DNA of 64,000 nt from the human T2T-CHM13v2.0 reference genome, Homo sapiens: the NCBI RefSeq assembly GCF_009914755.1, contig NC_060933.1; one strand, given 5' to 3'. Shown here piece after piece: positions 59,026-64,000 of the stretch. How positions within the stretch are numbered: the first letter of the stretch is position 1; each line of letters starts with the position of its first letter. A program made the translations under genes and the position numbers. A model generated the notes under the pieces. The model worked only from the letters and a program-made list of their open reading frames with translations. It searched no databases and was not told the DNA's origin.

Positions 59026-59217
59026 TATACACACATCTTTATTATTTTTTGTTATTATTGATAACATTCTTTCCTTTTTTCACTGCAGAGCTTTTAAAAA
59101 AAAATTTCAAGTTAAATTCCTTCATTCAAAATGTCTCAACATCTTTTTTTGCCCTTAGTAATTTTTTTAAATTGCCCCTATTTCTTCATGAGCCCCTTCT
59201 AAGTTTGCCTCGTTTTC

Positions 59218-59400
59218 TCATTCATTCAACATAACATATATGGAGCAACCATTTTCAGCCAGGCATCGTGCTAGACTCACTGTGCAACAGTGAACAAAAC
59301 AGACACGCTCGCCATCTGCTCAAAGTTTCAAGTCCAGTCGGAAAGAAGATGACCCAGTGGTTACTTACAATCCAGGTTTCTATGAACTGTGGAGAAGATA
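59218..59400 (-). mobile_element. L2 3' end
   Basis: cattcattcaaca...gccaggcatcgtgctag...cagtgaacaaaacagac. Confidence 0.7.
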
Positions 59401-60479
59401 GGGCACGGTGCCATGGAAGCCCGCGATGGAGGCAGTTTCTCCACTCTAGAAGGAAAGACCCATACACCATCTGAAAGGCGCCCTTCTTTTTGTCCTTTAT
59501 GATTTGTCTCTTACTATTATTTTTTATTATCTATTTCACACAATGTATGGTTTTTTTCCTTGCAGTTCTTCTACTCACTGCTTTTAGACCTGAGTGGTTT
59601 AGTTTGGTTGAGTGTAACAAGCATTTATGGAACATCTACTGTGTTGGAAACCTAGGTAGAAACTGATAAGACTCTTGAGGTGACAGAAGCTAAACAGAGC
59701 CTCTGGTGGAGTCTGGAACCTTCTGCTGCCCATCACCTGGGCTGCTGGGGAAGCCCAGGCCAGGGGTCCTCCCCGACATGGCACCCCATGGCTGTCTCTG
59801 GTGCTTCCTCTTCTCCTTTTCCGCTTCCCTGGATCCATCTTCTGTTGCATTTCCCATCGGATTTCCATCCTCTGTTAACTCTCTTCATCGTCACACCTAC
59901 AGAGCTCCCTCTCTTTGCATTCCCTAATCCCACCATTATTTCCGTTGAAATGAATACGAAAATAAACAAAGTGGTTGGATTTATCCTACTTTTTTTTAGC
60001 AAGCATCAAAAATGCATTTAGGCCAACAAGAACCAAAGTTCACGAAATAGGAAATTTGATTGTGTCAAACTGAAAAAAACCCCTCCACTAACATCCCACC
60101 GTCCAACTTCCTATTGGCTTCGTGCCTTCGGTTGCATTCTGCGTGTTCCCCACGTTCATTTCATTCACGCTGTTGCTTTTGTTTTTGAGGTTCCATTGTC
60201 TCTAAATCTCTCCTGATAATAGGATGGGGGTGGCATGAATGAATGAATGAAGTACTGAATAGGATATTTGGGCTATGTAAGAAGGGATTAAGAGGGTAGA
60301 AAATCAACTTTGCCCTATTTCTTCTGCCACTGATTTATTTCGCTCTGTCCTTGGCCTCTGTGAGTTCTGCTCCTCCCGAGTTTCCATTGTCTGCTTAGGT
60401 TTTCTCCCATTCCTGCAGGCTCCTGCTGGCTCTGTGTGATTGCTTCTGAGACAAGAGTTGCTAACTCTCCCAATCTGCA

Positions 60480-60900
60480 CTGTAACCAACCAGGGAGAAA
60501 GCACAGCTCGTTTTAAGCAGTTCATTTAGTCTACAGAACCTTGGCTTCCCCATTACACTCTTCCAGGTATTTAAAACATGTAAGAGCTGAGATAAGACTT
60601 TTAAAATATTAACATAATCCAGGCCTCAACACAACATAATCCAATGGAAATAATATTTATAGCAACAGCGCCCCCAGGTTCAGAAGCCACGGCTGAAATG
60701 TTATTATTGTGCAATGGAAATTTGCAGCCTTCCCACTATGGAATCAGAACATGAGCTTGAACTAAATTATACTTTGTTTTTCTCAAACCTCAAGGACAGC
60801 CTAATCACCCTGCAATGCATAAGCAATTCACTTTAATTTTTTATTTTATGAAAATACAACTGCGAGATTTAAACTGAAAGTATGACAGCCAAAAAAAATT
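60480..60900. promoter_or_regulatory. Candidate regulatory element (TAATCC pair, CTCF-like, C/EBP, GATA)
   Basis: Motif evidence only; unique AT-rich sequence. Confidence 0.35.
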
Positions 60901-61081
60901 TTTTTTTAATTTAGCCTTTCATTCAGCAGAAGACCCATATCTTTACTTCAGTTCCCTGGGCACTGCCAACTGTGCAGTGTGAAGGTGGTATCAGATAGAA
61001 TGGAAATCTTCGAAGCCAGGTCATTTTCTTTGTATCCTATTGGAAATTATTCTAGTAGTCAGAAGTTTAAGCAGAGAATGT

Positions 61082-61210
61082 AGAAGGAAAGCAGGAAGAG
61101 GGAGGAAGAGGAAGAAGAAGAAGGAGAGGAGGAAGGAGGGAGTAGGAAAATGAAGGGAGAAAAGAGAAAAGGAGGCAGAGAGGAGTGGTTGAAGAAGAGA
61201 AATGAAAGAA
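61082..61210 (+). repeat. Purine-rich GAA/GGA tract
   Basis: agaaggaaagcaggaagagggaggaagaggaagaagaagaagg... Confidence 0.8.
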
Positions 61211-62114
61211 TTCCTCAAACAATAGGACTGGAGGGGAGGCAGGATGCAGTTTGTTTAGAAACTATTCTGAAATATTTTTCCTTCGGGTAAAATGGAGCAG
61301 CTGCTATATGGAGCAAGGGAAATCCCTACAGCTTACGTGATGTGAATTGCTGAGGGAATCAGAGAACCTGAGTTGGGAAGGATATGTGAGGTCACTGAGC
61401 CTAGCTACCCACTTCATCCTTGAGTCTTCCCGCTTCAGGTCTCATCACAGATCTGGAATTTTAATCACGGTGTTCACTTCTCTTTCTAGGCGGATTTTTG
61501 GAAGCGGATTTTTAACCTCTTCCAGGATTTAGTCTTTCCTGGGCATTTGTGATAACTTCGTTCTCTGATGTCTAGGATATTCGGTATTACCTATTTTCCC
61601 TAACTCCTACTTGTCCTGTACTTTTTCAAATATCAGCTCCCGAAATTGTCACCCTCTTCCTTAAGGTGGCTTGCTCTGAGCTCTGTATCTGCATTTTCCG
61701 ACATCCCAGAAAGTACGGTAGTTCCTGTTCTAATCATGGCAATGACATACTCAGTAAAGGTGAGCACCCTGGTACTCACCCTGTGTCCGGAAGACAGTGC
61801 CAAGGTGAATCATTCTAAGCAATCACTAGAAGTCGCAGGGATTGCCCCAACCACGATGCTGGAGAAATGCCCAGAAGACTTACCTCAACTCACCCGGCTA
61901 AAGAATCAACTTGCCTCCTCCACCTCTCCTCCCAGATTCCGTCGAAAGCCAAGACTTTTCTTGGCTGGCATCTCCAAGATATTAGTCAGTGTCATTTAAT
62001 CTTAAGGAGAATGTCCAGGGCGCCTCACTGATCGTAAGGAAATCAGGAGCAGAAGTGGATCTGCTGGCCCTTCTGTGCCTAGTCAGGCCACGGGACAGGT
62101 CTCCCTGGAATGGT

Positions 62115-62312
62115 AGCATGACCAAAAGGCCAGTCAGGCTCTGGGCTCAGACCACGTGGGTTCGAATCCAAGTGCTGCCACTGCCTAGCAAGGTGATCCG
62201 GAAAGCTACCGAAACACCCTGGACTTTCATTACTCCATATGTAAAGGGCTTGAAAGAGTGTCTGGCAGGCACATGGCAGGTGATTAATAAATGCTGGCTG
62301 TTTTTATCATTA
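62115..62312 (+). mobile_element. MIR
   Basis: ggctctgggctcagaccacgtgggttcgaatcc...ctgccact...ggcacatggcaggtgattaataaatg. Confidence 0.7.
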
Positions 62313-62404
62313 CCACCTTCATCATCTGTGGGTTAGATTATGACCTGAGTTAAAAGAATAATTAAGCCATGCATTTAGTTCTGCCAAATATTAATTATTA
62401 ACAT

Positions 62405-62635
62405 AAAAAACTCACATTCGTGGAGCATGCCTGTGTGCCTATGTGCCCAGCACTGTGATAAGGGCACAGCGGGCATCAGTGTCATTTAATGTTTTCAGCA
62501 ATGCTATGAGGTGGGACCACATCGTGGAAATGGAGCTGGTGAGAGTCATGAACTACTCAAGGTCACCTAGCTAATAAGAAGAGAGGCCATTGATTCACCC
62601 CAGTTCTCAGACCCCACCCATGTTTAACCCACTGT
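62405..62635 (-). mobile_element. MIR
   Basis: tatgtgcccagcactgtg...tcatttaat...ctatgaggtggg...caaggtcacctagctaataag. Confidence 0.7.
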
Positions 62636-63176
62636 CAGATACTGCGTACCTGTGCAACAGCTTGTGTAGAAAGCCAAGCTCAATACTTCAGGTGTGAAAT
62701 GAAATCAGCAAGGATCAAATCATGTGTGGAGCTTTTGTATGCCTGTACTTGTTTGTGCTTATTTGCTTCCTTAAATTGGATTTATCAGTTAGAAAAAAAA
62801 AATTTAGTCACTTCTCTCTCAAACACTGGTCCAGACCTATAAGACCAAGATGGCCAGAGGGCCCTGTACAAAGCATCCCGTGCCAGTGAAATTACCCCCA
62901 AAGGGAAAGTGGACCGCCTACTTTGAGTCCCTGCCCCCTTATCCTTCCTCTCTGGCTCCCAACTTGGCTTCCTATGCAAGAGTTATTTGTTCCGGCTGTT
63001 AGATCTGTTCTCAAACAACAAATTCCACCTCAATCCTTCACTTTTCACCTGAGTCATTCAGAACATCATTGGCGATGTTCAGTCACAGGGAGACTGAGAG
63101 TTTGTATGAGGGGGAAAATGTTTTTTTAAAAAGTGAAATTAACACGGGGAAAAGCCATCGCATGAAGATGAGTGTA

Positions 63177-63487
63177 CAATCGTCCCTCGGAATCTGTGGG
63201 AGATCGGCACCAGGACCTCCAAGGATGTGCAGGTTGCTGATGTAAACTGGGGTCGTGTTTGCATATAACCCACACACATCCTGCCAATGCTTTAAATCAT
63301 CTCCAGATGAATTACAATACCGAAGACAATGTAAACGCTATGTAAATAGTTGTTGTACTGTATTCTTTTTAATTTCTATTATTTTTATTGTTGTATTGTT
63401 ATTTTTTTATTGTTTTCTTTTATATATTTCCTACCCATGGTTGGTTGAATGAGTGGAGGCAGAGCCTGCAGATACAGAGGCCGACTG
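63177..63487. mobile_element. MER2 (TcMar-Tigger MITE)
   Basis: Terminal inverted repeats caatcgtccctcggaatc and gatacagaggccgactg; internal tttgcatataacc...tttaaatcatctc. Confidence 0.85.
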
Positions 63488-63740
63488 CTATAACAGGTAC
63501 CAAAAACTTAGAGGCTTAACGCAACACAAAGTTATTTCTTATAGTTCTGAATGTTAGGAGTCCAAAATGGGCTGTGGTGGGCTAGCATCAAGGTGCCTGC
63601 AGGACTGCATGCATCCTGGGGGCTCCAGGGGAGAACCCACATCCTTGTTTCCCAGCTCTAGAGATTGCTGTATTCCTTGGCTCGCAGCCCCTTCCAGCCA
63701 CATTCACATCACTGCAACCTCTGCTCCCATTGCTGCCCAT
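63488..63740 (-). mobile_element. MLT1C/D-type MaLR LTR fragment
   Basis: ggcttaacgcaacacaaagttatttcttatagttctg...gagtccaaaatggg...ggctccaggggagaacc...ttccttggctcg. Confidence 0.75.
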
Positions 63741-64000
63741 TGCAGTCGACTGGACTGCGGAGAGGTGTGCATCCACCTTTCCTGGGAAACATCTGAATGG
63801 CTTTTTTCCAGCCAGCACCTAAACAGCTCTAAGAACCTGGATTGTCCCCTGGAATATTCTGGATGTGGTATCTTGGGTATGTCTGCTTTCTGTGTAAGTT
63901 TAGCATCCCTAGGGTCTGACACTGGCTTCAAGCCCTCATAAATAAATAGACTCGCTCTCTGCCCTATAAAAGCGCTGGGCTGCGCCTGGGATTCTATGCC

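Noticed and set aside
62115-62635. Inverted MIR pair as a hairpin RNA
   Set aside because: The copies are too diverged to pair stably

Overview
Human non-coding genomic DNA; a full-diagnostic AluYa5, a human-specific subfamily, supports the species call. I could not name the locus. I find no credible host protein-coding exon, structural RNA gene or CRISPR array, and the ORF track is explained by GC-rich islands, simple repeats and transposons. The window has two CpG islands (about 2.2-4.0 kb and 7.5-9.4 kb); the second is split by a ~660-bp CA-rich array. The rest is ~55 kb of repeat-dense sequence: about 15 Alus or fragments, L1/L2/MIR relics, MER2/MER58 and about 20 LTR elements. These include two convergent LTR12F solo LTRs, an intact LTR13 with a perfect target-site duplication (TSD), and a MER21/ERVL provirus relic with recognisable protease, tether, RNase H and integrase remnants but no RT core. 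Between the repeats are unique segments dense in transcription-factor motifs (about 13, 22.3, 29.5 and 60.6 kb), suggesting an enhancer cluster next to CpG-island promoters. The least explained signals are an ungapped 147-bp, 91%-identical local duplication (4012-4158 and 6752-6898) and the forkhead-motif clusters. I do not see evidence for a wholly new biological system. Repeat subfamily names come from my recall of consensus sequences, and boundaries without a TSD are approximate.
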